Assembly: GCA_038244085.1 (NCBI GenBank)
Contig: JBBRTX010000001.1
Span: 138,064-202,063 of the forward strand
Direction of reading: 5' to 3'
From: Bacteroidales bacterium
Lineage (GTDB): Bacteria; Bacteroidota; Bacteroidia; Bacteroidales; FEN-979
Length of the DNA stretch: 64,000 nt
Part shown: positions 1 through 9,517 of the stretch, one piece after another
Layout of the letters: each line of letters starts with the position of its first letter
Numbering within the stretch: position 1 is the stretch's first letter
Program-made: the position numbers and the translations under genes
Notes under the pieces: generated by a model
Database searches by the model: none
What the model saw: the letters and a program-made list of their open reading frames with translations, nothing else
What the model was told of the DNA's origin: nothing

Positions 1-917
1 GGCACATCACCAACATGACCTTCGGTTATACGTGGAATCAAAACAGGTTTATCCGCCATATTCTCAACCCGGTCGAGCTGAGTTTTGTAAAAATATACAA
101 GGATTCCACTTTCACTGCCAAACTGGAGCGCAGTTACGATAAACGGTTAAAGAATCAATATACGGATCACATGGTCGCGGGGCTGAAATACAATATCACC
201 TATAGCAGCCAGGATGTTACAAAACTTTCGGATTTTGTTTATATCCGGTCCAATATTGAAACAGGGGGAAATCTTGTATACCTGGTTGACAAGATATTCA
301 AACTCCCCAAAAGCGAAAACGGAGCCTACCATATCCTCAACACACCTTATTCCCAGTATTTGCGACCAGATATCGATATCAGATACTATCATTTGATTAC
401 GCCTGCCATTTCATGGGTTGCTCGTTTTTACGGCGGAATTGGCGTTCCTTATGGAAATTCCACCATACTTCCTTTCGAAAAGGCATTCTTTGCCGGAGGG
501 GCAAATGATCTGCGGGGCTGGAAAATGGGATCACTCGGTCCCGGAAGTTACCATACTGACACGATTGTTACGACCTTTGATCAAACCGGGGATATGCAAC
601 TGCAGTTCAATTTCGAGTACCGTTTCCCGGTTTATCGATTTATCCGCTCAGCATTCTTTGTCGATGCGGGGAATGTCTGGCTTCTGAATAATAATCCTGA
701 TTATCCCGGAGGAAAATTCGGTATCAGGACTTTTGCCCCACAGGTCGCTATTGATGTCGGCCTGGGCATACGAGCCGATTTCGATTTTTTTATCTTCCGG
801 CTTGATCCGGCAGTTCCCATCAGGGTACCGTGGACCGAAGGCAAAGGTCATTGGTATTTCAATAAAATTCAGCTGAGGGATATTCTTTGGAATTTCGGGA
901 TCGGTTATCCTTTCTAA
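1..917 (+). CDS. Omp85/BamA-TamA family outer-membrane beta-barrel protein, C-terminal part (5' end lies outside the window)
   Basis: The frame is open from nt 3, so the listed Met at 15 is internal. It carries surface-antigen (D15) barrel motifs (FFAGGANDLRGW, FVDAGNVW) and ends in an aromatic residue (...GIGYPF), as OMP barrels do. Confidence 0.7.
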   Translation, partial: HITNMTFGYTWNQNRFIRHILNPVELSFVKIYKDSTFTAKLERSYDKRLKNQYTDHMVAGLKYNITYSSQDVTKLSDFVYIRSNIETGGNLVYLVDKIFKLPKSENGAYHILNTPYSQYLRPDIDIRYYHLITPAISWVARFYGGIGVPYGNSTILPFEKAFFAGGANDLRGWKMGSLGPGSYHTDTIVTTFDQTGDMQLQFNFEYRFPVYRFIRSAFFVDAGNVWLLNNNPDYPGGKFGIRTFAPQVAIDVGLGIRADFDFFIFRLDPAVPIRVPWTEGKGHWYFNKIQLRDILWNFGIGYPF

Positions 918-2203
918 TTCTGCGTATTCAGATTTTGTAAAGCAATCAGCCGGTCGAACTGGCCACCCAGTTCACGAAAATACACCCAAATGGTATACTC
1001 ATTTTCTGTTTCCCAATGATTCCCTTCTACTAGAGAAAGATCTCCCTGTGTGGCGGTTTTCTCTTTGAAAGCATACAGATAGTTGTAATAACCCTGTTTC
1101 AATAATAAGGTCTTTGTATAACCTTTCCGGTCGAAATCAAAATCCATCCGGCTGTTATCATTGAGTTGCCAATCGGTAAGGGCACCCAAAAGGTACATCT
1201 GGCCATTGCTTCGAATGGCATCAAAAGGGAGAAAAAAATTGACCCAGGCATAATCGGCTTCAATATCGCTGTTTTGTGCACGTTCCTCATTTTTGATTAA
1301 TTTCCTTCCATTGATGTCCTTTTCAGTCGCATATCTTTTAAAGGTCCGTCTTTCATCATCCAGCAGAAAAACACGGGTCTCCGGTCCCTCCTTATCGATC
1401 TTTTTAATTCTTTCTGTCTGGTAGATCAGGCTTTTAATATCAAAAGCCCTGAATTCATTTCCGCCGGCAAATGAAATCTCATCCTCATATTTATAATCCA
1501 GCGATTCATTTCGGATGAATCTGGGTTTGATATCCCGGATGGCATTATCCCATCTGTCATTTTGAGTAACCACGACCTTTAATTGCCGGACCGGTTCATA
1601 TATCTTCATTCCGTTATATTGTATGGTAAAATCAACCTTCTGTTTTGAAAGCCTGTCTTCCATTTTTGTCGCCTGGAGAATTTCCCCTGTTATTCCCAGT
1701 GCAGTTCGCTCTGCAACCATAAAGCGCCAGGTAAAAGATGGTTTTTCCGGAACATCCAGGTATACCACCATCACATAATTTCCTGAAACCGACGGACGCA
1801 TTACACTTGATGGAAAGTCAAACGAATAATGGGTATACTTCACCAGAGTGTTGTATGAATAATCAGATTGTTCAATAAAATCCTCACTATAGCCGTCAAT
1901 ATAATCCGACTGCCGGATCTCTTCAGAGGTCTGCCAGTCGTTTTCGCAATGAATAATGGTGTATTTGTACCGTTTGAGATCCCCATCGAGATCATCAAAT
2001 GAAAGGATCAATCCATTATCATCTGTAAGACGCATGACAGGCATCGACATCTCGAATCCTTTTTTATAGAGAAGAACCGTATGGATATTCGGATCATAAA
2101 CCCGATTTTCATTTTGCCCGGAGGCAAATGTTGGGCAGGAAAAGCTAAATGAAAAGAAAACCAGGCTAATGAGAAGGATGAGATATTTTATCCGGAAGTT
2201 CAT
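914..2203 (-). CDS. T9SS plug protein family (DUF5103 / T9SS_plug_1st-like)
   Basis: 429 aa with a signal peptide. The N-terminal pattern (YDPNIHTVLLYKKGFEMSMPVMRLTDDNGLILSFDDLDGDLKRYKYTIIHCENDW) is what I recognise from DUF5103 proteins. The size resembles the Flavobacterium johnsoniae SprA-associated Plug protein, and the gene sits in a T9SS neighbourhood. Confidence 0.65.
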   Translation of the reverse strand: MNFRIKYLILLISLVFFSFSFSCPTFASGQNENRVYDPNIHTVLLYKKGFEMSMPVMRLTDDNGLILSFDDLDGDLKRYKYTIIHCENDWQTSEEIRQSDYIDGYSEDFIEQSDYSYNTLVKYTHYSFDFPSSVMRPSVSGNYVMVVYLDVPEKPSFTWRFMVAERTALGITGEILQATKMEDRLSKQKVDFTIQYNGMKIYEPVRQLKVVVTQNDRWDNAIRDIKPRFIRNESLDYKYEDEISFAGGNEFRAFDIKSLIYQTERIKKIDKEGPETRVFLLDDERRTFKRYATEKDINGRKLIKNEERAQNSDIEADYAWVNFFLPFDAIRSNGQMYLLGALTDWQLNDNSRMDFDFDRKGYTKTLLLKQGYYNYLYAFKEKTATQGDLSLVEGNHWETENEYTIWVYFRELGGQFDRLIALQNLNTQN

Positions 2204-2227
2204 AACGGGAAAAAGATTTTCGCAAAG

Positions 2228-3016
2228 TTACGATTTATCCTTGCCAGGCAAAGATCTTCTTCTGAATTCAGCGCAGATGACAGCGGTCGCAACGGAGGCA
2301 TTCAGCGATTCGGCGTGACCAGACCCGGAAACCGGAAAGGCAGGAATCGCAATTTTATCTGTCACAAAATCAGCAACCGCTGCTGAAATCCCTTTGGCTT
2401 CATTGCCTATGATGATGATTCCGGATTGCTGAAGATCTTTCTCGTACATATTCTCCCCTTCTGCAAAAGTGCCGTAGATCCTGATCCCGGCCGGGAGACC
2501 AGAAAGCCAGGCAGGAAGATCTGTCGAGATTACCCTGACACGTGCCACAGATCCCATGGTTGCCTGAACCACTTTCGGATTATAAAGATCGACGCAGGTT
2601 TCGGAACAAATCACAGTAGAGATGCCAAACCAGTCGGCAACACGGATAATGGTTCCCATATTGCCCGGATCCCGGATATCATCCAGTGCCAGAACCAGTT
2701 TATCCGGACTGACAACAGGAGGAGAGGTTGTTTTGGCCATTTCCATGACAGCCAGCACAGGACTGGGGGAGGAAAGGGCGGTTATTCTTGACATTTCCGC
2801 TTCGGTGACTTCGGTAATCATTGCTTTTGAGCCATACAGTTTGGCTCGGATGTCATCGGTTTTAGCGTATATCACAAAAAGTTCATGCACGGCAAAATGG
2901 CCAGACAAAAGATCCAGCACAAGTTTAGATCCTTCGGCGATGAACATCCGCTGCAGATCGCGTTGTTTCTTGTTCTGCAGTGAGACAATGGAATTGATCC
3001 GGTTCTTTGAAAGCAT
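2228..3016 (-). CDS. TrmH/SpoU family RNA 2'-O-methyltransferase
   Basis: SpoU methylase motifs are present (LDDIRDPGNMGTIIR, IIIGNEAKGIS, ESLNASVATAV). The start is placed at the internal ATG at 3016 (MLSKNRINS...); the longest ORF reaches 3073. Confidence 0.8.
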   Translation of the reverse strand: MLSKNRINSIVSLQNKKQRDLQRMFIAEGSKLVLDLLSGHFAVHELFVIYAKTDDIRAKLYGSKAMITEVTEAEMSRITALSSPSPVLAVMEMAKTTSPPVVSPDKLVLALDDIRDPGNMGTIIRVADWFGISTVICSETCVDLYNPKVVQATMGSVARVRVISTDLPAWLSGLPAGIRIYGTFAEGENMYEKDLQQSGIIIIGNEAKGISAAVADFVTDKIAIPAFPVSGSGHAESLNASVATAVICAEFRRRSLPGKDKS

Positions 3017-3076
3017 AAAAAAATACCCGGCAGCATTTGGTACCGCCGGGTAAATGTAAGAAAAATGCGTCAAATA

Positions 3077-3526
3077 CTATTCTGCGAATACTTCAAAAGT
3101 GATTTCGATATGCACATCCTTGTGCAGAAATACTTTTGCCTTGTATGTACCCAGTTCTTTGATATGTTCACCATCGACATGAATTTTCTTCCGGTCGATT
3201 TCGAAGTTGAACTGGTCTTTCAGTGCCTGAGCAATCTGAAGGGCATTCACCGAACCGAAAATCTTTCCTGATTCAGCGGCTTTTGCACCGATCTTCACGG
3301 TAATATTCTTCAGTGAACTGGAAAGGTCTTCAGCTGCAGTCCGGACTTTTTCTTCCTTATGTGCCTTTTGTTTAAGGTTTTCGGCAAGGATCTTTTTATT
3401 GGATCCGGTAGCCGGAATGGCAAGTCCCTGGGGAATGAGATAGTTTCTCGCGAAACCCGGTTTTACCTTTAACAACTCGTTTTCGTATCCCAGATTGGGG
3501 ACATCCTGTTTCAAAATTACTTCCAT
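3077..3526 (-). CDS. rplI: 50S ribosomal protein L9
   Basis: The N-terminus MEVILKQDVPNLGYENELLKVKPGFARNYLIPQGLA is the canonical L9 signature. It is the last gene of an rpsF-rpsR-rplI operon. Confidence 0.95.
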   Translation of the reverse strand: MEVILKQDVPNLGYENELLKVKPGFARNYLIPQGLAIPATGSNKKILAENLKQKAHKEEKVRTAAEDLSSSLKNITVKIGAKAAESGKIFGSVNALQIAQALKDQFNFEIDRKKIHVDGEHIKELGTYKAKVFLHKDVHIEITFEVFAE

Positions 3527-3536
3527 GGTTTCCTCC

Positions 3537-3809
3537 CTATTTTAATAAATCAGCTACATAGGGCATTAACGCCAGATGCCTTGCCCGTTTAATTGCCTGT
3601 GCCACCTTCCGTTGGTACTTCGTGGATGTACCGGTGATTCTTCTGGGAAGGATTTTTCCTTGTTCATTGACAAACTTTAATAGGAAATCGGCGTCTTTGT
3701 AATCAATGTATTTGATTCCGCTTTTTTTGAAGCGGCAATATTTCTTTTTTTTGGTGTCAACCGCGATCGGGGTCAGATATTTTATTTCACCAGCTTGTTG
3801 TGTTGCCAT
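3537..3809 (-). CDS. rpsR: 30S ribosomal protein S18
   Basis: 90 aa containing the S18 motif [32 protein letters not shown]. Confidence 0.95.
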   Translation of the reverse strand: MATQQAGEIKYLTPIAVDTKKKKYCRFKKSGIKYIDYKDADFLLKFVNEQGKILPRRITGTSTKYQRKVAQAIKRARHLALMPYVADLLK

Positions 3810-3838
3810 AATTTTTCTGTTTTTGGTGCTACAATCGT

Positions 3839-4210
3839 TTATTCTTCTTTTGCTTTTTCGGCTTTTTCAGCTTTTTCAGCTTTAGCCCTGTTCCGTTTTT
3901 TCTCGTTATAGGCAAGCATATGCTTATCTAGAACTACGGTTAAAAAGCGCAGGATTCTTTCATCACGTTTAAACATCACTTCCCATTCGCGGATCAATTC
4001 AGGTTCAGCCTTAAATTCGATAAGGTGAAAAAAACCTGTTGATTTCTTCTGAATGGGATAGGCGAGCTTACGCAGGCCCCAGTTGTTTTCGTAAACGATT
4101 TCTGCATCTTTCGAAACCAGAAATTTCTGGTACTTTTCTACCGCTTCCTTCATCTGTTCATCAGACAAAACGGGAGTCATAATGAAAACGGTTTCATACT
4201 GTTTCAACAT
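3839..4210 (-). CDS. rpsF: 30S ribosomal protein S6
   Basis: The N-terminus [19 protein letters not shown] and the motif [10 protein letters not shown] are S6 signatures. The C-terminal tail is acidic/lysine-rich. Confidence 0.95.
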   Translation of the reverse strand: MLKQYETVFIMTPVLSDEQMKEAVEKYQKFLVSKDAEIVYENNWGLRKLAYPIQKKSTGFFHLIEFKAEPELIREWEVMFKRDERILRFLTVVLDKHMLAYNEKKRNRAKAEKAEKAEKAKEE

Positions 4211-4254
4211 CTGTTTGATTTTTAATTAATAAGAACACTTTTTAAAATGGAGTG

Positions 4255-4262
4255 CAAAATTA
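4255..4262 (-). promoter_or_regulatory. candidate Bacteroidota -7 promoter box (TAATTTTG) for rpsF-rpsR-rplI
   Basis: The reverse complement of CAAAATTA matches the Bacteroidota sigmaA -7 consensus TAnnTTTG. It lies about 45 nt upstream of the rpsF ATG. Confidence 0.4.
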
Positions 4263-4330
4263 AGATATCTTTTTGAGATAAGCAAGTGCTTTGATATCTG
4301 ATCTCAGACTTTTGGTTTCAGGAAGTGGTT

Positions 4331-4810
4331 TCAGGATTCTTTTTTCTCCAGTAATGCCACAGCATAAGCCGATACCCCTTCTTCCCTGCCGATAAAACCG
4401 AGTTTCTCGCTGGTTTTAGCCTTGATGGAAAGCTGATCTTCATCAATTTTCATGACTTCCGCGAGGACGGTGATCATTTCAGGAATAAAAGGATTGATCT
4501 TCGGAGCTTGGAGAACCACGGTTGAATCGATGTTTCCGATAGAAAATCCTTTGGCAGAGATCAGCTCGCAGGCAGACCTGAGAAGGAGGGTGCTGTCGAT
4601 TCCTTTGAAAGCCGGGTCGGTGTCGGGAAACTGAAACCCTATGTCGCGCAAGGCAACTGCACCGAGCAATGCATCACAGATGGCGTGGATCAGGACATCT
4701 GCATCCGAATGCCCGAATGCACCGGATGAATGAGGAATGGTAATCCCCCCCAAACGGAAGGGAATGCCTTCAACCAGTTTATGTGTATCAAAGCCAAAAC
4801 CGACCCGCAT
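4331..4810 (-). CDS. ispF: 2-C-methyl-D-erythritol 2,4-cyclodiphosphate synthase
   Basis: The N-terminus MRVGFGFDTHKL...GHSDADVLIHAICDALLGA is the IspF zinc-site signature. Length is 159 aa. Confidence 0.95.
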   Translation of the reverse strand: MRVGFGFDTHKLVEGIPFRLGGITIPHSSGAFGHSDADVLIHAICDALLGAVALRDIGFQFPDTDPAFKGIDSTLLLRSACELISAKGFSIGNIDSTVVLQAPKINPFIPEMITVLAEVMKIDEDQLSIKAKTSEKLGFIGREEGVSAYAVALLEKKES

Positions 4811-4834
4811 GTAAATAGGTGAAAAGATTTTTTA

Positions 4835-6016
4835 CTACTGCTTACCCTTTTCCCCCAACTTGTCAAAATTGAAAAGCAGGGTGAACTGCATCGTATTCTG
4901 CAATGGATTGTTTTGTTCAAAAGGAATCAGGTATGAAAAATCGAGACCGAACACGTTATATCTTAAGCCGGCTCCGAGAGTTACATACTGGCGATTGCCT
5001 TTGTAAGGAGACTCATAAAAATAACCTGCCCGGATTGCGAATAATTTATTATACCAGTATTCGGCAGCCACACTTACATTGATTTCCCTCAATTCCTCCT
5101 GAAATCCGCCAGGGGCATCATAAAACGAATGGATGATTCCCGTGATAGCCGAAACATTCGGATCCATGCCATCGATAATTTTTCCGGCCGTATCGTAAAT
5201 GGGTGGTGTAGGAACCAGGAGTTTATTAAAATCCACCATGATGGAAACACGGTTAAATTCATCGATATCCATGGTAAATGATGGGCCTAAACGAAGATTG
5301 GTCGGGATAAAATCACTTTTGGTACTGGTGCTGTTATAAGAAATCTTCGCACCGATATTCGAGACATTAAATCCAAAATCAAAATAAGAGGCAGTAAGTC
5401 CCTTTATTTCCAATGGTTTATGAATATAAAGTGCAACGTCTGCCGCAACTGAAGTACCTGCCTGGGTCTGAATATTTGCATTGTTATAACCCGGTGTGAG
5501 GTTAGAATAAATAAATCTTCCTGCAACCGCACCGGAAAATACCTGACTGAATTTTCTTGCATACGTCGCATCGATGGCAAATTCATTGGGTTTAAAAGTA
5601 CCCTGCGGTGTTCCCTGGTCATCCATGTATTGAATTTCTCCCATGGAAAAATACCTCAAAGACACGGCAACAGCCTGCTTGTCACCAAATTTCTTAAATC
5701 CTGCCACCGAAGCCAGCCCGATATCATTGACCAGGCCTCTCAACCAAGGCACGTAGCCAATGCCAACGCCGAAATCCTTTTCGCTGAAGGCATACTTTGC
5801 CGGGTTCCAGTATAGTGAATAAACATCCGGGCTGCTTGAAACTCCAGCATCTCCCATTCCTCCTCCACGTGCATCAGGCGCGATCAGCAAAAAAGGGACG
5901 GCTGTGGTTGTAGGGTTATTTTTATCTGTGGAGGGTCTTATCTGAGCATAAGTTCCCGTTGTAATAATTACGCTTAAAACGAATAAAAAACAGAGTCTGA
6001 TTATCTTTTTTGGCAT
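4835..6016 (-). CDS. porV: T9SS outer-membrane shuttle/channel protein PorV (LptO)
   Basis: The motif AVPFLLIAPDARGGGMGDAGVSSSPDVYSLYWNPAKYAF is the PorV family N-terminal signature, and the rest is beta-barrel-like. The gene lies directly downstream of porU genes, as in F. johnsoniae. The start is placed at ATG 6016 (MPKKIIRLCFL...); the longest ORF reaches 6061. Confidence 0.85.
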   Translation of the reverse strand: MPKKIIRLCFLFVLSVIITTGTYAQIRPSTDKNNPTTTAVPFLLIAPDARGGGMGDAGVSSSPDVYSLYWNPAKYAFSEKDFGVGIGYVPWLRGLVNDIGLASVAGFKKFGDKQAVAVSLRYFSMGEIQYMDDQGTPQGTFKPNEFAIDATYARKFSQVFSGAVAGRFIYSNLTPGYNNANIQTQAGTSVAADVALYIHKPLEIKGLTASYFDFGFNVSNIGAKISYNSTSTKSDFIPTNLRLGPSFTMDIDEFNRVSIMVDFNKLLVPTPPIYDTAGKIIDGMDPNVSAITGIIHSFYDAPGGFQEELREINVSVAAEYWYNKLFAIRAGYFYESPYKGNRQYVTLGAGLRYNVFGLDFSYLIPFEQNNPLQNTMQFTLLFNFDKLGEKGKQ

Positions 6017-6109
6017 TCTGAATAAAATTTTAATTAGCATTTTTGAAAAATAAGTCCGCAAAACTAACGAATAATTTTTTTACATATTGTTTGAATGAGA
6101 AAAAGGAAA

Positions 6110-9100
6110 TTAATCTGTGATGATCAGTTTCTGGGAAGTCCGTGAAAAAGCGCCATCGGCCGAAAGGATGGATACGCTGTAGATATATAACCCGGCGCTT
6201 AACCGTGCACCGTTATTACCGGTTCCGTCCCATACGATTTCCACATGCCTCGGCATACCTTCCTGATAATCCTTTTCGATTTTCGTGACAATCTGTCCTT
6301 TGTAATCAAAAATATCGATCCGAAGACTGGTTTTTCCGCTGGTATTCGATGTACTGACCGAAAAAGTCGTTGGTTTGATGAAAGGGTTAAACGGATTGGG
6401 ATGATTGGAAACTTCCGTCATATTAATATCATCCTGGCTCCGCACATAAAATATGATCTCTTTGGTTGACGCGTTGTTATACATATCCCAGGCTTTCAAA
6501 CGCAGTGTGTGTTTCCCGGGACTCAGATCGGTAAAGAAATGCGAGAGCCTGCCTCTATTGCAAGAGCCGGTTTCGTAATTGAAGTAATCATTGAGAAGAA
6601 TGGGCTTGGTTGCATTATCCAGTGTGCAAAGGATATCATGTCCGATACCCAGACCGATGTAATTGATCCCATCCGGATCGTCGAGGGTGGCGAAAAGCAT
6701 CGTGTTTGGATTGGTTTTTCCTCCTGAAACAAATGTCACTGTATCCATATACATGGTAATCTCCGGGCCGATGTTGACAGGATTGACCGTAGGATCTTCA
6801 CCTCCAATTACAAGGGTGGTGTCGAAGCCCCAACCATCCTCTTCATTATTCTTGATATAATAACTGATCTTCCCTAAGCCGAAAGAGGGATTTATTCCTT
6901 TAGGTACGACAAAACAAAATTCAAACTCACCGTTCACGACATTGGTTTTTCCCCTAAAAATGAGACTGTTCTGTACTTTGTAGGGGGCCGAATAACTTTC
7001 GGGCGGGAAATTCCCAAGCGTGTAGGTGGTGACTGCTTTGTCATACACCGTCGGGGTAATGATTCCGTTATAGAGAACTTTCTTCCCCGCATCGTCCTGA
7101 ACCTGTCCCCTGATATTCACCATTGACAAGCCTAAGGCAGTATCAGGAACCGCATCAACAAGATGCGTATTGATGGAAGTCGTAACCACATTATGACGCG
7201 GGTAGGAAATCTGTAAGGCAGGATCACCAAAAAGGATGAAATTCTTCACATAAGCATTGTTGTCATTATCATTTTTTGAATAACGGATCAAATCGCCCAT
7301 CCGGGGATCCGGAGAACCGTCGGTGGATAAAAGGTGATTGAAGAAACTGGAATCCAGGTTAAAGTTCGTAGAGGCAAAGCTGAGGCGGGAGGTTGAAAAC
7401 AGTGCAATTGCGCCTCCATCAGCCCGGGTGATGATCATCTCACCCGCGGTAAAACGTTCAGGATTATCAAACCTGCTGAATTCACAGGTAGCTGTTATGA
7501 ATACCGGTAACCGGTGCTTGTTTGTCCAGCTGCCGATATCCTGCAAGGTGAGGATTTTTTCGGCGGCAAAACCATCTTCTCCTCCATGACCGGTATAATT
7601 GATCAGAAGCGTTCCTTCTGCAATGGTCCGGGAAATCTCATCATTCACCTGTGGAAGACGATACCCGGCCGGAGTCTGAACCATTTTATAGGCATCATTG
7701 TAAATCTTCTTCACATTAAAGACCGGGTAACGGCGTTTCACAATCTTTGAAAGGGTTTCTGCCTGGTTAAAATGCAAATTTTGGTTTTCATCATCTGCGA
7801 TGAAGGTAATCCTGTTTCTCCAGTCGCCAAAAACCGAATCCTCTGCTGAACAATAATGAATTACTTTATCCACCATTATTTTTGCTTCAGCCTCAGTTGA
7901 AACAGGAAACCGGCCGATACCCATATCGAGGGTGCCATTCGATTCGTACCCTTCGCCATAGCTCATCAAACCGTAAAAATCATCCGTGACAAAGGTTGTA
8001 TTGGAATTCAGATATTCAACCGACTGAAAAGCAGGAATGAAATCATTATTTCCTGGCAACCGGTTTTTCGGATCATAGGTTCCGTCGCCCATGAGCAGGA
8101 GATACCTGGGCTCAGCGCCACCGGATTTATCATACAGCATTTTCACAAAATCGCGTATGGCGGCTGGTTCCTTTCTGCCGCACCCAAATTCATTGTATAT
8201 TTCGGGTAAAGAAACAACCGTTACGGACAAGCCCAGATCTTGGTGGAACCCTGCCAGTCTTTCTGCTTCACTCCAGAAAAGAGGATCTGTGACAATCACC
8301 ATGGCAGCAGGGCTGAGGGCATGAAGATCCTGGTTGGGAACCGGCCCGCTGAGTGAAACAGGATAAAAGGAGGAGCCATCAAAGGCAACATATTCCTGAA
8401 GGGTATCGGTCAGCACCCGGAATCTTTCCGTGGAATCTGTCGAAACCGTTATCATCCGATGAATCTCATCTCTTTTGGTTACATCCCAAATTTCAATTCC
8501 CGGATGGGTGGATCTCATTCGGAATTCCGAACATTTCCCAATGGTGTTGGGATCCCTGAAACGCATCTGCGGCCCCGACCAGATCAGGTTTCTGTAACAA
8601 TTGATTTCGATATAATCCAACCAGCCGGTTGAATTGGTGGTTGGCAACTGATAGGTAATCTTCAGCCTGTAATCCGAACTAGGGGAAAAAACGGTGAGTG
8701 TTTTTTTAACCTCTCTGCTAAAAATATTCGGATGCGAATCGTCGCCGGCAGACACGATCACAGTATCATCCAGTACATTATTATCTCTCACCTTAAAAAT
8801 GTTGTTCTGCATTGATTTTGCCAAAAGATGCAGGGTTACTTTCATGCCGGTCAGGGAATCAATGTTCGGGAAGGAAAAAGGGAATTCGTAGGAATTTTTC
8901 ACGTTGCTGAAAAGCTCTCCTACCCAGGTTTTCCCTGATTTTATCAGATTGAGCGAATCAAGTTCATGAAAAGCATAATCATGAAATTTAAGGGAGGTCC
9001 AGGTAACCGGACTGTCACTGGAAGGCTTGTCCGTAATGCGCTTACCCGCCTCAGTTCCCACATTAACAAAGTAATAAAGTGAATCTGAATATAAATTTTT

Positions 9101-9517
9101 TGTGTGATAGAATCTGTTGTAATCGGAATTAAAGGTCCAGGTATCAGGAGGTTCGCCATAGAAGAGCACATAATCACCTGGTCCGAATGAATTATCATCA
9201 CCAACCACCACACGGATGGAATTTTCCATCAGGTCATCGATCCTTGCATCCCCATTTCGTTCGGGTAACATTCCACTGCCATTTCCGAAAATCCGGATCC
9301 GGGTAGGATCGAGGGTAGCCGGGTCGAAACCCATTTGCATGAAATTTTCATAGGTGATTTTGTGAATCCCGGCACGATACACTGAAATTTTAAACCACTT
9401 TCCTGAGGCAAGCACCGAATGCGGGTTAGGGTTGCCTGCCAAAAGAATCAGCGGAATCATGACCATCAAAAGAATGTAAATCTTCTTCATCATATGTTTT
9501 TTTCTGATCATGATCAC
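6110..9517 (-). CDS. porU: T9SS sortase PorU paralog 1 (peptidase C25 family, type A CTD)
   Basis: - It has the PorU-type N-terminal region (SVLASGKWFKISVYRAGIHKITYENF...IRIFGNGSGMLPE).
- YTGHGG and ITATCEFSRFDNPE motifs are taken as the clan CD His/Cys dyad.
- The C-terminus is a FlgD-Ig/T9SS type A CTD-like tail (LSAGLYIYSVSILSADGAFSRTSQKLIITD).
- The listed start is a GTV-type GTG that overlaps the upstream stop by 4 nt. ATG starts at 9511 or 9493 are equally possible. Confidence 0.85.
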   Translation of the reverse strand: MIMIRKKHMMKKIYILLMVMIPLILLAGNPNPHSVLASGKWFKISVYRAGIHKITYENFMQMGFDPATLDPTRIRIFGNGSGMLPERNGDARIDDLMENSIRVVVGDDNSFGPGDYVLFYGEPPDTWTFNSDYNRFYHTKNLYSDSLYYFVNVGTEAGKRITDKPSSDSPVTWTSLKFHDYAFHELDSLNLIKSGKTWVGELFSNVKNSYEFPFSFPNIDSLTGMKVTLHLLAKSMQNNIFKVRDNNVLDDTVIVSAGDDSHPNIFSREVKKTLTVFSPSSDYRLKITYQLPTTNSTGWLDYIEINCYRNLIWSGPQMRFRDPNTIGKCSEFRMRSTHPGIEIWDVTKRDEIHRMITVSTDSTERFRVLTDTLQEYVAFDGSSFYPVSLSGPVPNQDLHALSPAAMVIVTDPLFWSEAERLAGFHQDLGLSVTVVSLPEIYNEFGCGRKEPAAIRDFVKMLYDKSGGAEPRYLLLMGDGTYDPKNRLPGNNDFIPAFQSVEYLNSNTTFVTDDFYGLMSYGEGYESNGTLDMGIGRFPVSTEAEAKIMVDKVIHYCSAEDSVFGDWRNRITFIADDENQNLHFNQAETLSKIVKRRYPVFNVKKIYNDAYKMVQTPAGYRLPQVNDEISRTIAEGTLLINYTGHGGEDGFAAEKILTLQDIGSWTNKHRLPVFITATCEFSRFDNPERFTAGEMIITRADGGAIALFSTSRLSFASTNFNLDSSFFNHLLSTDGSPDPRMGDLIRYSKNDNDNNAYVKNFILFGDPALQISYPRHNVVTTSINTHLVDAVPDTALGLSMVNIRGQVQDDAGKKVLYNGIITPTVYDKAVTTYTLGNFPPESYSAPYKVQNSLIFRGKTNVVNGEFEFCFVVPKGINPSFGLGKISYYIKNNEEDGWGFDTTLVIGGEDPTVNPVNIGPEITMYMDTVTFVSGGKTNPNTMLFATLDDPDGINYIGLGIGHDILCTLDNATKPILLNDYFNYETGSCNRGRLSHFFTDLSPGKHTLRLKAWDMYNNASTKEIIFYVRSQDDINMTEVSNHPNPFNPFIKPTTFSVSTSNTSGKTSLRIDIFDYKGQIVTKIEKDYQEGMPRHVEIVWDGTGNNGARLSAGLYIYSVSILSADGAFSRTSQKLIITD

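Noticed and set aside
2426-3053. Plus-strand ORFs of 121 and 143 aa (2426..2791, 2622..3053).
   Set aside because: They are antisense to the TrmH/SpoU methyltransferase gene, which has clear family motifs. They have no features of their own.
4280-4318. Nested inverted repeats (TGAGAT...ATCTCA enclosing AAGCA-AG-TGCTT) between ispF and rpsF, considered as an ispF terminator or an S6:S18 leader element.
   Set aside because: On the minus (coding) strand the hairpin is followed by an A-run rather than a T-run, so it is not a canonical terminator. I cannot match it confidently to the rpsF leader motif without a covariance model.
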